NCBI GenBank assembly: GCA_039621445.1
Contig: CP154954.1
Coordinates: forward strand, 32,713,455-32,777,454
From: Euglena gracilis
Lineage: Eukaryota
Length of the DNA stretch: 64,000 nucleotides
Reading direction: 5' to 3'
Shown here: piece after piece, positions 24,577 to 38,000 of the stretch
Position numbering within the stretch: position 1 is the first letter of the stretch
Layout: each line of letters starts with the position of its first letter
Made by a program: the position numbers and the translations under genes
The notes under the pieces: model-generated
What the model saw: the letters and a program-made list of their open reading frames with translations, nothing else
The model's database searches: none
Told to the model about the DNA's origin: nothing

Positions 24577-27500
24577 GTGTCCATGCGGATTGCAGCGGAT
24601 GCGCTGGTGCCCATCCAGCTGCCCGCACCTTGTGGCCCTATGTGAGCCGCAGCCTCCCGTCCATGAACAAAGGCTCCGCCAACTCCGCAGTGGCTGCGTC
24701 CCCCCTGAAGCGCATCCCAACCCCGAAGTTTTCTGTGGTTGAGGTTCCCCTGGTGCAGAAAGAGGAATGGCATCCAGGCAACCAGGACACATGGCAGCAT
24801 TTTTCCCCTGCTTTCAGGAATACTCTTGTTGTGTGTTTGTATGAGATATGTTTTGTTTGAAGGTATTTGAAAGTGATTTCGCGAGATGTTGTAGCTTTGC
24901 CATTTGGTTTGATGAACAGTGGACCAAAGTTGAATGAAAATTTCGCTTTTCGACACAAAGCACTAAATTTTGTTTTCTTGTCAGCTCGCACCCCCCCCCC
25001 CAAATTGAAAAAAAGATTACGCTGTGATTTGATTGCCTGCTGCCAACAGCCCTCCACGTATATCCGTTACCTGGAAGATGACAACAACGAGGAAGTTAAT
25101 TATGATGTGGATGCTCTCACCAAAACAAAAAAAAACAAAAAAAAAAAAAAAAAAAAAAAGAGAAAGGAAAGAAACAACAAAAAAAAACAAAAAAAAAAAC
25201 AAAACAACCACAAAAAAAAAAAACCACACAAAAAAAAAAAAAAAAAAACAAAAACAACCCTAACCCACCTGAACGGTCCACACGACGGGGTTTTTTGTTC
25301 AGGACCTCTTGGGCTTCTTTTGAAGGAAGTTCACGCCCTGTGGGGGCATGGGCAGGCAGGGGGCAGGGCACCCCCCCCCCCCAGGGGTTACCCGCGCCCC
25401 CTTTGCCCAACGACTTTTATACCGACCCCCAGCCAGGGTCGTACCCCCCCCGGGGGGGTAATAGAGCACCAGAAATGAAATCTGTGCATATGTGTAGTGT
25501 ATATTTTCCCCGATTTTTCAAAAAAGGATGTACCCCCTTGATTTTCCCCATCTGGGAAATTGTCAGGGTCCCGCCCAGAAAACCTGATAGGAATTTGTCA
25601 GCGTCCCTTCTATCAGCCAACCCGTCAGTGACAGAACCAAAAAAACATTTGCTTTTTTGCATTTTTGGAAATTGTGATTTGTATATTGGAGGTCTGTTCT
25701 CGACCGCCGCTGGCTTAACATTTACAATGAGAACGTTCCCAAGGCAAACGCCCTCACACTCATCCATGATGCAGCCTGCTTAGGGTTTGAAAGCTGTGTT
25801 GTTTGTGTAGATCGTGGTTTTTGTTTTTTGATCGGTTAATTGCAACTCCTTCAATTGCAACTCCCAATTCTAAACAAACAAAAAATTTGCAATAGAACAG
25901 AACCAGCTGGGATTTAGACCACCACAAACACAAACGTGCAGTATTGCTGGTGTTTGAAGGGGGGGGGTTGTCACAGCTTCCAACACTGCAATGTCATTTG
26001 AGCCCATCAAAAATCAATATGCCCCCCGAAGGTTGGTTTATGCTTTTCTCCCAGCATCAGAGTTATCAGCGTGGCATGTTCTCCCCAGCCAGGCACCTAT
26101 GGCCGACCAGGGCCGACTATGATTTTCAGGACCCCCGTAGGTGGGGGTTCCGACCAGGGCCGACCAGGGCCGACTTGCATGTGGTTGGCCGACCGAAGGG
26201 GAATGGATGAGGGAATTCGGCAGCTTTCCCTCTGGAACAAGCACCTCTGATGATGCTGGGCGTTGCAGGGCGATGCTGGGTGATGCTGGATTTTTGGAGA
26301 CCAGAGGTGGGGTTCCGATGCTGGGCGATGTTGGGCGATGCAGGGCGTTGCTGGGCGATGCTGGGTGATGCTGGCATTTTTTTTGTATATTTTGAAGAAC
26401 TAAACCCATTTTGGATAACTTTCTCACAAATCTCCAGTTTTTCACCCATTTTGGCCATTATGGATCAGTTTTTGCTAATTTGGGGGCCATTTGTCACTGG
26501 TTTGGCAAATATTGGGCTAATTTGGGTCAATCTGAGCATTTTTTATGGCATTTTGGCCATTTTGCGCCCTTTTGGTAATTTTGGGTCATTTTTCACAATC
26601 TTTTGTGGATTTTGTTGGCGTTTTTGGGTAATTTTTGGTTATTTCAAGCCATTTTAGGTCATTTTGGTTGCTTTTGGGGAGCCAATGGAGGCCTTATGGG
26701 GCTTCTTTTTGACCTTGGCGAGACAATTCAGAAAATCATTGCATCCCTTCACATTTTCCATCCCAGACCCTCACCTCATTGCCTTGCAACATTGTGATGG
26801 GAATAGGCTGGGGACAGGCACCTGTGGTCACTTCCCATTTTGGTGCTCTAGTCGGCCCTGGTCGGCCCTGGTCGGCAAATAATCGGGGGTCTCCACCCCT
26901 CCCCCATGTTGTGTGTGTGTTTCCCTGTCACTCTTGGGCGCCGGTCCGGGAGGGGGGCTGCGCTGCGCCATGGCTGGGAAATGCTGGAGGCTGCCTTTGA
27001 TCGGCTGGAAAAGCTGCGCGGCCTCTCCCAAGGCGGGTTGCCCCCTTGTCCGACCGCTGGCAGTGAACCCGTGCTGGCCTTGTCCGCCCAGCCCTCCTCG
27101 CCAGGCCTTGTTTGTCTCTGTGCAGCTGACAAAAGTGATATCACTGGAGCATTTCTGTGAAGCCCTGTGGCGATTGTGTTGTGGTTGGCTTCGTGTGGCG
27201 GAGTTGATCTCAGGTGCGTGGGGTTTGACTTGGGGAAAGGACGGCGCTGTGAATCAACGACGCAAAACCAAAACAAAAAGAAGGATGTCATTTCCGCTTT
27301 TTTTCTCGTTTCAGTGCCCTTCTGCGCCGTCTTCTGTGCTGCATTGCACAGACCAGCCAAGGGCTGTCGCCTGCAGCAGCTCAGCGACATGTATTTCTGG
27401 TGGCGGAAGCGGCTCTACTGCCGGGTGAAGAGAGTGTACCCGTTCGGCAAGCCCTTGCTGCCGCGCTTTGAAGTGCGCCCTGGACTGGCCAATGCTGGGC

Positions 27501-30500
27501 AAGACTGAACATGCGAGTCCTGGAAACCCTGGGCAGTGGGTTTGGCTGACCCCCCCCCCTGTTGTTTTCACACGGTGCCGATTTTTGGCCCACAGCGTCT
27601 TTTGCCACCGAAGGAATTTGTAACGTGCTGTTTGTGTTCTTTTTAGCCAGAAGCCCCAAAATTTTTTGTTGTTTTCGAGACCCCCCCTTAGGACTTTGAC
27701 AACATATCCGCATCTTGATGTCTCTTTTGCAACAACGTTTGCTTGTCAGTTGTGTCTTTGCCTCGTCCAAGCAGTACGCTTGGGTGTGTTCATTGTGGTC
27801 CTGAGCACTGCCCAGTGCCGATCCTTTTGATATCCAGCAACCATTCCACCACCGCGCAAAGGAATCTTTTGCAATTTGGTGCTTTTTGGGTGTCCTCTGT
27901 GAGCTTTTGAGCAATTTGGTGTTTTCCTCCTGTCTGCTTTTTTTTTGGTGGTTGGTGGAGCAGGCGTTTGGGGGGGGAGGTGGGTTCATTGCGTTTCATT
28001 TACGTTTGTTTCTCGTGTTTTGTATTTTTTTTTTAGTTTTTGTGGCAGCCGTGATTTTGGTTGTGTGCAGTGTTGTGGTCCCGGATATATGCCACGTTAT
28101 AGATTGTGAATTACCTGTGAAAATGAGTGGTCTCCACTCATTCTCTTTGACTCGATCCCGAGTTATGAGCCCCTCGAAAGTGCTCGGCGAACGACAAGCT
28201 AAAATTTTGGAAGCATAGATTTTGGAGCGACAGGTTCTCGGGCGCGAATCTGATTTTGACACCAGTTTTCAGGAGCGCAACTCCTCAGGTTCTACAGTCG
28301 TGGGCTGTTTTCACCACCTGCAGCTTGGAGGGGAGGATTAACTATTTTGATATTGATCCGGAGCTTTGCAATGACACCCAACGGCTCGATTGGCTGACCC
28401 CACAAATGTGCCACTGTGCGCCGGCAGCAACGGGCTTACCCCCCCCCCCCCCGGGAAACTGTCATTGCCTTCTTAACACCCAGAAAAAATGTTACAATTG
28501 TTGCCAGCTCTATGAATACCGCATAAAAACAGCAGATTCCTTCTTTGGACATTGAGAAGAGTCAAAATTATTTGCGCAACTGTCCCCGGTTCAAGCTGGC
28601 CAACACCTCTGCTGCTTTGGATGATCTCCAAGAAGATGATGCCTATGTTCTTTTCCTGCCGGTGATTTTAGGGATTATGTTTTATCCCCCCCCCCCCCGA
28701 TTCCAATGCTCGGACCGCAAATTTCACCTGTTCAGAACAGGCTGTATTTTAGTCGGGTCCCAACCCCACCCCGGGAGTGGGTGCCTGCCTGGGCAGCACT
28801 CCCGATCCAACCCCCCCCCCCCCCGGGGGGGGCAGGGTACACGGCCAAAAGTCCCCTGGCACAGACCCCGGTGCCGAAGGTGCCGGGGAGCCAAAAATGG
28901 CCTATTTTTAAAGGAATCTGCTTTGGTGCAGGCCGAAATTCGACCACCCCGGGGGGGGTAGTGCCTGACTCTGATGCCTCTGTAGGGGGGCATGGCGCTC
29001 CGTGCGACCGCCCGGGGGACATGGCAGGGGGGCCTTCGGGCTCGCCGGCCTAGTAGGAGCGCACCCCCCAGCAACCCAACCCCAAAGGGGGCCAGCAGAG
29101 AGGGACCCACCCGCGAGGCAGAGGACCACCCAAACCAACCCCGGACAGGGCATGGAGCGCAGGTACCAGTATGTAAAGAACTACTGGTACCCGGCAGCAC
29201 ACTACCCACCCGCCACCCGCCCTAAGGCCGAGACTTGGTGACCCGGGTTTACCTAAGCCGCGGGACCGTGAGGCCACATTGGAATTTTTCAAGTCATGGC
29301 GTTGTGCCTGCGCCATGCATCCCCCACACAGAAAAGTGGGAAGAGGGCAGGAGGCAAGAGCAGCACTGGGGCGCAAGGGTGTAGACCCACCCACGGGAAC
29401 CACACCAACCACACAAGGTGAGTGTATGTCCCTACAGTGCAGGAATTACACCAGAGTTACTCACGTGGCCGGGGGAGCAACAAAAGAGGACTGGTGTAAG
29501 GGGTCCCTGGCCACTCACCACGCAGCAAACTGGGCCAGAAGCGAAGTTAGCGCCGGCCATAAACAGTCCAGAAGCCTTAGTACAACTAAGGGGGGGGTAG
29601 TGCCTGCCTGTGCAGGCACTCCGGACCCCCCTCCCCCCCGGGGTTGGTAAAAAAACAGCCTGGTTCGGAACCAGAGATACAATTGACACCTGCGTGACCC
29701 CCGCTCCAAGGGGGGGGGTTCAAGAGGGAGGGAGGCTGGAACCAGGGGTTTGGACCGCAATTTTTGTTGCCGGAAATGAGGGGGGTCAATTCTGGGGGAT
29801 CTTTCGAAATGGTGTGTTATTTTTGTGCAGGGGGTGGGCAACGGAGTCAGGCATCACCTGACAACAACGCCAGCGAGACGGTCTGGAGGGCAGGGATGAC
29901 TGGGGCTGTTTTGAGGCATCTGCCCAACGAATGCTGGGAGGTTTTTTGTTCAGCATGTTTTCTTATCAAACCAACCACAGTCCAACCAGCATCAACCATC
30001 ATCAGGATTCTCATTTTAACTCAATGGTCTCATTCCCCCGCCCCCCCCATGCCCAACGATGAGGGCGGTCGATGAGCGACAGCAAGTTTTTTCTGCTTGA
30101 AGGCTGCCGAAAGGCCACCTTTAGCGCAGCAGAGAAGTGGGTCCCCCCTAGACCAGCCCGGATGCACAGCAAGCCACCCTTCAGCCCTGGAGGTGGAGGT
30201 GCTCAATGTTCTGCGGCTCATCAAGCGGCGGGAGCAGATCAAGAAAGAGTATTTCCGTGTGCAATTCCGGATCTGGGACTTGCTCAAACGGGCCAAACCG
30301 CAGCTGGACCGCGCAGTGACGACAAGGAGGCGTTTGTTTTGCGCACATGGGAACACCAATTCAACTGAACTGACAAGCGAAAGAAAACCAAAACCTTCAT
30401 CCAGCCAGACCTATTCTATAACGTCTTTTTTTTACAGCAATATTTCAATATCAATTTCAATGGAACATTTCAATGGTCACAGGGTTTAGGACAGCATGCG

Positions 30501-32287
30501 GGAACACCTCCACCAACCACCTCTTGGGCCCAACCTTCGACACCCATGTCCAGCGTATGTACGGCACCGGTGACCCCCTGCAGATCTCCTCCCATACGAA
30601 TGGCCCCACACCCCCGAAAGTCTCCAAGTTTCTTCTCAACAACAATTTGCTTGTATACACATGTGGGAGTGGATTGGAATGGGAAGAGATCAACCCCAGC
30701 GCATAGCCTGGCAGGCATCAAGGACGTTGCGCAGTTGCTGGAGCGGTGCCGGATGTACGAGTACCCGCTGCACCGGCTGAAGATTCGCCTGCGGCCCTCC
30801 CCAGCCATGCAGGGTTGTTGACGATGTGGACCGCCCCCCGCACTGGCACCAGGAGTTTTTTTTAAGTCTTGGACCCCGGGGGAGGGGGGGGTGGGGTGGG
30901 TGGGTCTGGCCAAGCCCCCCCCCCCGGGGGGGGTCCCCCAGGGGGCGGTGGGAATATTTTTCCGCCCCGAAAATTTTCGAAAATGGTGCTCTTTTTGGCA
31001 TTTTCGCGATTTTTGGCAAAAAGTGGGTGGGGGTCTTTTGAAAAAAACCCTGACTGGCGTCTCCCGGCCCGCATCAGCTCAGCTCTGCTTGCCGCCGCCC
31101 CGCCTCATGTGCCGTGTGACGTAACGCCATGCTTCGGCCGCCTGGGGCAGATCATCTGGCCGGTGCGGCTGCCGCCATGCCCCGGCCCAACGCGCGCCGA
31201 TGCTGCAGGTGGCAGTGCCAATGTGCGACAGGGACTGTGCCGAGGGCCCTGGTGTTCATTTATACTCAAGGAAATGAGGAAAATTTGTTTAGCTTTTTTT
31301 TTTCCGCTTTTGGCAGGGGATGCGTGTTTTTGAAGGCGTACGTTTAGTCAGGAATGATTTCGGAACCACTCATGACGTCACATTTTTTTTCTGTCCAAAG
31401 AATATACAACAAAATTATTGCTTTTTTGGAGACTGAAACTGGCAGGATTCCCACCATTTTTTTTTACCGTGACCAGACGAGGGGTCAAAATAACTGAGAA
31501 GTTGAAAACATGATTTTGTTTCGTTTTGTGGATGTTTGGTGGATGGGTAATGTTCGCCAGGAAAGCATTTTCCTCACTGCAAACAATGCCGAGGTCGCAA
31601 AATTAACCATTTTTATCTGGTTGGTTTGCCCTCAAATGAAGGAATGCCCTCGGGATGAGATTTTTTGTGGTTTGCCTCTACCCCACGGAAGAGCATCGGA
31701 GGCACACCGCCTGCCCCAAGCGTCCGACGGGGACACGGGGCCACCGCTTCCAGCCGAAGGGGCTGCCCCCCAACCATACCATTGCTGAAGGGGTTTCTCC
31801 CCCTCACCCCTGGGGGGTGACGGCTGGCCTTTTTGAGAGTGATTGACTGGCTTTAGATCAGGAATAGGCATGACTGAAAGTGGTCACCTGCCCCCCAAGA
31901 ATTTTGGCCAAACCCATTGATTTTGCGCAATTTGAACAGAGTGGCCACAGTGACCGGGATGGGAAGTGGATGACTGGTTGTTGAAAGTGGCTGATTGTTT
32001 TTTCGAAATGCGGAAAGTACCCCCCCCCAGGGTACGATAGCAATGGCATCCTTCGACGCCCAACAACCTCCGGCCTGGGACATGGCCCCCTGCATGGACT
32101 TTTGCCACCCCTCGCTGTGGGCGGAACACCGTTGAAATCAGAGCCGGTGCAAGTCCCTGGGGCGGGCGCGGTGAGGGGCTTCACCCCGACGCATGGTTTG
32201 ATGGATGACCTGGACAACATGGATTGGGCTCAGGGCTCTTCTTCTCAAAAGGGTTCCCCCCCATGTCAGCCACATGGCACAAAGTGA
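24577..32287 (+). CDS. Enhancer of polycomb-like (EPL1/EPC family) protein, multi-exon; ends approximate
   Basis: Family motifs occur in order: KRIPTPKFSVVE (~24710), QQPSTYIRY..EEVNYDVD (25045-25113), MLEAAFDRLEK (~26980), DMYFWWRKR..KPLLPRF (27380-27470), DDAYVLF (~28636), VLRLIKRREQIKKEY (~30205). Further coding-like blocks lie at 30490-30600, 30705-30806, ~31150 and ~32100-32240. Start and stop not established. Confidence 0.7.
24772..25044 (+). other. Nonconventional intron in the EPL-like gene
   Basis: atcCAGGCAA...TTGCCTGctgcc; joins EEW C|AA QPSTYIRY in frame. Confidence 0.75.
26090..26897. mobile_element. hAT-like MITE family 5 with inverted right end
   Basis: Left end CAGGCACCTATGGCCGACCAGGG as at 45250. 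The right end and its TSD appear in reverse complement at 26807-26886. Confidence 0.75.
28738..29662. mobile_element. hAT-like MITE family 6 (related copies 1553-~3139 and ~45010-45206)
   Basis: CAGGCTGTATTTT...AAAAAACAGCCTG; TSD gttcagaa/gttcggaa; extra internal segment ~28965-29590. Confidence 0.8.
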
Positions 32288-34261
32288 TCTTTCAGCTGTT
32301 GTTGTGGGTTGGCCCCCCAGAATCTCGCAGGATTCTGTCCCAAAGAGCCAAAGAGGTCCAGGCAGGCTGGATTTTTCAGTCAAAGCTAGCCAAAAAATAT
32401 TTTTTTTTGGCAGGACCTGGCCAATAAATCCTGTGTCTCCTCTAAAGATCACTCCTCAACACCATAACAAGAAACCAGTAAAATGTTTTCAAAAATTTCA
32501 AAGGATTTTTTTACGGGTTCTTTAGACTTTGGTCTTCCAAGGTCGGCGGGTCCAAAATCAAAAGTCGAAAAATTGTTTCCTTCGATCATGGATGCCACTC
32601 TTCCAGAAAAAAAATTCCTGGATTTGGCTTGTTTTGGCCAGATTTTGCAATTTCAGTTGTGCTCGGCCAGAAAAAATATTTTGCCAGAATGATGTTTTTT
32701 GGCTTTTTGAAGGTATTTTTAGGGCGGCAGCATTTGCAGGGAGGTTTTTGAGGTTTTGAAGCCGCCTTTAAAGAATGCAAGGCACCTTAGGTGCCAAAAA
32801 GGAATTTCTTTACCTGAAAAATTAGTGCCCTGGAAAAAAATTGGAAGAGGTGGGTCGGTCCACAACCAAGGCAGGAATAACGCTGAATAAATTTGACCCC
32901 ACCCCAACCTGCTGTTTTTTTCCTGTATTTTGCATTTGCAAAAAAAGGGCTACAAAAATGGGACCTCCTGGGTGATTGAAAAACCCTCTGCTGACCTTGG
33001 TGACGCAAAGCCCTGCTGCAAATTGGGTTTCGGACACTGATTCTCCACCGCGGAAACGTTCATACACCCTGACTCAGGGTAAAGAGTGGTTCGAGCAATT
33101 GGAAGTGCCACCATTTGCTGCGTGATGGTTGCACTCCGGTTTGATTCTGAAGGACGATGCATGATGTTATATCACCAGTTGGCACCGTGCTCTCCCACTC
33201 GAGTTCTGAAATGTGCCGGTCTCTGCCTGTGCCAATATTGTTCCACATGGCTGCCATGCAATATTGTTGCATATTGTTCCTCGGGGGGAGGGTCTGCAAG
33301 CAGGACTAGCCAGTGGAAATTTTTTTTTCTGTGACTGGCGCAAAGCGCCAAAAACTTTTTCAGACCTTGTTCAAGTTTTCGCCATTTGAGCCCAAAAAAT
33401 TCATGAAAAACCCTCATTTCCACCTCGTCGCGCAGCACCGGAGGAATTTTCCAGTCGGGTCCCCTGGACCTCACTGCTCAATGAACCCCCTTGCCCAATG
33501 AACAGGGGGTGTACAAAATCGAGCCCCCGGAATTCCAGTAACAAGATCTTTGAGAAACAACTCATTCAAATGAAAAAAAGTGTCTGGGAAGATGACCTTA
33601 AAAGTGATGGGTATTCCCCCCCCCCCCAAGCCCAATGAGCACGAAGGGGCTGAAGGGGGTGTTCATTGGATATGGGACATTCTCTGTGTCGATGGGTCTT
33701 TGGTGACAATCTAGACATTTGGTGGTCTATGCCAAATGGTCTTTTTGAGTTTTCCTCGGTTTTTGGTGTTGCCAAATGCGCATTTCTTTGGAAGCCTGTT
33801 TTGTGGTTCTTTTATCCCTTCACCACCTTGGGCCCAGGCCAGATTGGAAGGGCGAAAATTAAAAATTCAAAAAAGCATTGTTTGTCATTTTTTGGGTGGT
33901 TTGGTGATTGGCCCAAGCATGCCAAAAAAAATGGTTTTGATTCCCGCCGTCATGTTTTTTTTTTGCCAAAACATGGCGCTTTCTTTGGCCATTTTGTCTG
34001 TGTATTTTGCATTGAATGGACCAGGCTTGTGCTCAGTCAGGTGCCTGCCCCACGGGGGGTGTTAGGGGCAGGCACCCTATAGGACCCATCCGAACCCCCC
34101 CAGGGGGGGGGGTACGGTTTTCAGGGGTGCCTGCCCATATCAGGCACCCCCCCTCCAACCCTGGCGCCAAAGGCGCCGGGGGCCCAGAAAAGGCCATTTT
34201 CAGTGAAAATTTTCTGGGTCCCCCCCCCGGGTGGGGGTATGCCTGTTGGGGCAGGCACCCT

Positions 34262-34975
34262 CACGGATGGATGGGAAGCCCTTCGGTATTGAGGTAGGTG
34301 GTAGGGGGGGTCCGGACAACTAAGTGCAACTAAGGGGGTCCGGACCCCCCACCCCCCCCCCCCTCCTTGACAGGTGACAAAAATAGCAGAAAATTTTCTT
34401 CCGGTGCTCAGCGCCGGAAAATGAGCAAAAAAACCCCTTTTGCTGACTTTTGGATATATTGCCCATTTGTTGATGTGTTGGTGTCCCCCCCCAAAAATGT
34501 ACAAACAATTTCAAAAAAAATGAGCATTTTTGGATCGACCGATTTCGACCCTATTTCCCGCCCTTTGCCCGTCCATGAAATCGAAAAATTTCCCCCCCCC
34601 CCTCAGTTTCGAGGTAGGAGGGGAGGGTCCGACCAGGCTTCTTTTTAAGGAAGTGCGCACCCCCCCCGGGGGGGGGCTGGGTGCTATGGGCAGGCAAGGG
34701 GTAGGGCATTTTCGACCCCCCCCGGGGGGGGTCAGGTTTTGGGGTGGGTAATGCTATAGCACACCCACCCCCCCAGCGCCGGGGCCCGAAAATGGCCATT
34801 TTCAAAGGAAAATTGGCTGGGTCGGCAGGCACCGGGGCCCAAAACCGCCCCCCCCCCCCGGGGGGGTGTGCCTGCTATGGGCAGGCACCCCATAGCACAA
34901 GGCACCCCCCCCCCCCGAGGTTGATAAAAAGAAGCCTGGGTCCGACCACCCCTCAAGGCTTCCCATCCATCCCTG
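34262..34975. mobile_element. hAT-like MITE family 1, interrupted by 34634-34938
   Basis: Same body; TSD ggcaccct/ggcacccc. Confidence 0.85.
34634..34938. mobile_element. hAT-like MITE (TIR CAGGCTTCTTTTTA)
   Basis: Perfect TIR; TSD ggtccgac; nested in a family 1 copy. Confidence 0.88.
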
Positions 34976-35086
34976 GGCACCCCATAGCACCCACCCACCC
35001 ACCTCCCCCCCCCCGGCCGGTAAGCACAAGCATGGCCGGGACAGGGATTTTTTTCCCGTCTCCCCTTCCCCCGCAGAGGATGCAGC

Positions 35087-38000
35087 ATGGCCGGCGAGGT
35101 GGTGAGCTGTTTCCTGGGGCCCCTCTCCACGTTGGTAGCAGCCCACTTCTGGGACGCCACCACCCAGGCAGACATCGACAATGATGTCCTGTACCAGGGA
35201 CCGCCGGGCCGCCGCACCCCCCGCACCCTGCTGGTGGACTTCAAGGAGGCCGTAACCAGGGCTTCCTTTCATCGTGCCCCCCCCCCCCCTGGACTAAACA
35301 GAATCCTGTGGGGGGCTAGGGGCAGACACCCCATAGCACCAATCCGACCGGGGGATGGGGTTCAGGGTTTGATATAAGGAGGGCGTACATGGTTTAGGTG
35401 GGGGGGTGTCCCCCCCCCACCCCCCCCCCCTCCTGGCCCGCAGGGGGGGTCCGGCCCCCCCCCCCACCTGCCAGGTCCGGACCGACCCTGGGGGGGGTAC
35501 CCGGGACCCCCCCCCAAAAAGGGTCATTTTTTTCCTCCGGCGCTTTGCGCCGAAAATTTTTTGCATTTTTGCCAAATTTTTGCCCAAAAAGTGCCCAGAA
35601 TGGCACTTTTGGTCGTTTTGGGTGGTCAAAAATTTTCGGTCACCCGGACCGCGCCACTGTTTAGGAGGGGGGGTGTCCCCCCCCCTCCTGGCCCGCAGGG
35701 GGGGGGGGGCTCCGGACCCCCCCCCCCACCTGTCCTTATATCAAACCCTGATGGGGTTTTTGGAGGTGCCTGCCCATAGCAGGCACCCCCTCCGAACCGG
35801 CGCCAAAGGCGCCGGGGGCCCGGAAAAGGCTATTTTCAATGAAAATTTTCTGGGTCCCCCCCCCCCCGGGGGGTGCCTGCTAGGGGTAGGCACCCTCCCC
35901 CCCGGTCAGTAAGCATAGGTGGGCTCCGTACTGTGCCGGCTGTTGGTGTCAATCTGCTCCCTCTGTCAGGGCCAGGATTGCTCTGAGAAAGGATGCCCAT
36001 TGCCATCTGTGGAGTATGAATGGCGGCTGGGCGAGCAACTGGAAGGACTGGATTTGAACTCCATGGCGCCCAAGTGGATACCTCCCGTCCCGATGGCACT
36101 GGATGAGGAAGGAGAGGGACCAGATGAGCCTGTTCGCTACCGAGAGTACAGCGATGACCCTGGGGTGTGCCCCCCCCCGAATGATCAGACTGGCAGACTG
36201 ATAGATTTCCCCATCCATTGAGCTTTTCCCTTGAGCTCCTCCCCTTGAGGACTGCCCTTGAGGACTGCCTGAGGGCCAACCATTGGGTTTTCGAAGTTGA
36301 ACAGGGTCGAAAATTAAAGGTTGAAAATCGCATTTTTTTGACGTTTTGGTTGATGGTTGATGGACGATGACCCAAGGATGCCATTTTCTTCACCACGCCT
36401 TCCCGTACAGCCTTCCCCCCCCCCCCCCGCAGTATTTACGGAAAGACCTTTTTTTCAACCAAAGCAATTCTTTTTTGTTCCTCACAGCAAGAGAGTCAGA
36501 AGAAGAGACGGGTGGATTCTGGCGAGCAGGAGGCCAATGTCGTCCAGGGGTTGAATGGCAATTATTCACTCTGGATGTTCGCTCCCCTGTGCTTGTTTGT
36601 AGTTTTAACCTTGACACAGGGATTCTCTGAGTTGATTTTGAAGCGGCAAAGCAATCCTGCACCGATCCAAAAGGCGGATATAGAGGTTTGCGTCACAGCC
36701 AACCTCTGGGTTTGATTTGTTTTTTTCTCTTATTCCATCTGTGACAAATTTGTACAGGTTTGCCCACCTTGAGATCAACCCCTGTTTTGCGATGCGGAGC
36801 AAACAGACAGTTTGGAGGAGTTGCAGCCGAAACGAGCTTCCAAGGCAGCGCCACTGGGCTGGCAACTAGTGCCTGGCATCATTCTGTATCTGGTTCTTTG
36901 CAAACTTGTGGGGTATCTTTGATTTTGCCGGTGGTTGACCACTGTTTTAACCATAGATCCATTTAACACCGGTGTGACCCCCCCCCCCCCGGGGGGGTTT
37001 CGAGGGTGGGTGGGAGGGTTGGGGCCACACAGGGAAGGATGGGAAGCCCTTCGGTATTGAGGTAGGTGGTAGGGGGGGTCCGGACCACCCCCCCCCCCTG
37101 GGGGGGGGGTAAGGTGGTCCGGACCACCCCCCCCCGTCTAGATGATGGGAGGGGAGGTCCTGACCCCCCCACCCCCCCCTCCTTGACGGGTGCCAAAAAT
37201 AGCAGAAAATTTTCTTCCGGCGCTGCGCGCCGGAAAATGAGCAAAAAACACCCCTTTTGCTCACTTTTGGACATATTGCCCATTTTTTGATGTGTTGGTG
37301 TTTTCCCCCCAAAAAATGTTCAAAAAATTTCAAAAAATGAGCATTTTTGGATCGATTTTCAAAGAAAAATCAGGGATTTTTGACCAATTTCGACCCTTTT
37401 TCCGGCCCTTTGCCCGTCCATGAAATCGAAAAATTTTCGGCCCCCCCTCAGTTTCGAGGTAGGAGGGGGGGGTCCGACCCACCCCCCCCCCCCTCCGTGT
37501 CGGGAGGGGGGGGTCCGACCCACCCCCCCCCCCCTCAAGGCTTCCCATCCTTCCCTGGGGCCACACCATGGCTCAAGGTGTGTCCGATCCCGTGTAGCCA
37601 CCCGGCGCCAAAGGCACTGGAAATTTTTTCAGATTTTGAATAATCCTTTTAATTTTTGCCATTTTTGACGGAGTGGCCGAAGTGACCAACCCCCCCCCCC
37701 CCCCCGGCACGGCGGAAGTTGAGGGGCACCTCAGTGGAGACACCCTCTTGACCCAACCCCCCGGGGCAGCCCACCCTGGGTCACCAATTATTTTAAAAAA
37801 CATAAAATTTTGGAAAACAACATTGTTTCAACACAAATAATTAATAACACAATCACAGACCAATCCTCGCATAACCCTCTGGGACATTTTGATGAGTATA
37901 TTTAAATCAAAATGGGCACCATGAGGGAGTTTGAAGAATCGTATGGTCTTGAAACTGCATCAAAAACCCACATTTGGAACCCTTTATGGCATTTGCTTTT

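Noticed and set aside
25117-25262. Poly-Lys ORF / A-rich tract
   Set aside because: Low complexity, abutting an EPL exon; probably poor consensus sequence.
33172-33260. GIY-YIG-like fragments on the minus strand (NIGTGR, FRTRVGEH)
   Set aside because: Short, in different frames, and with no associated reverse transcriptase.
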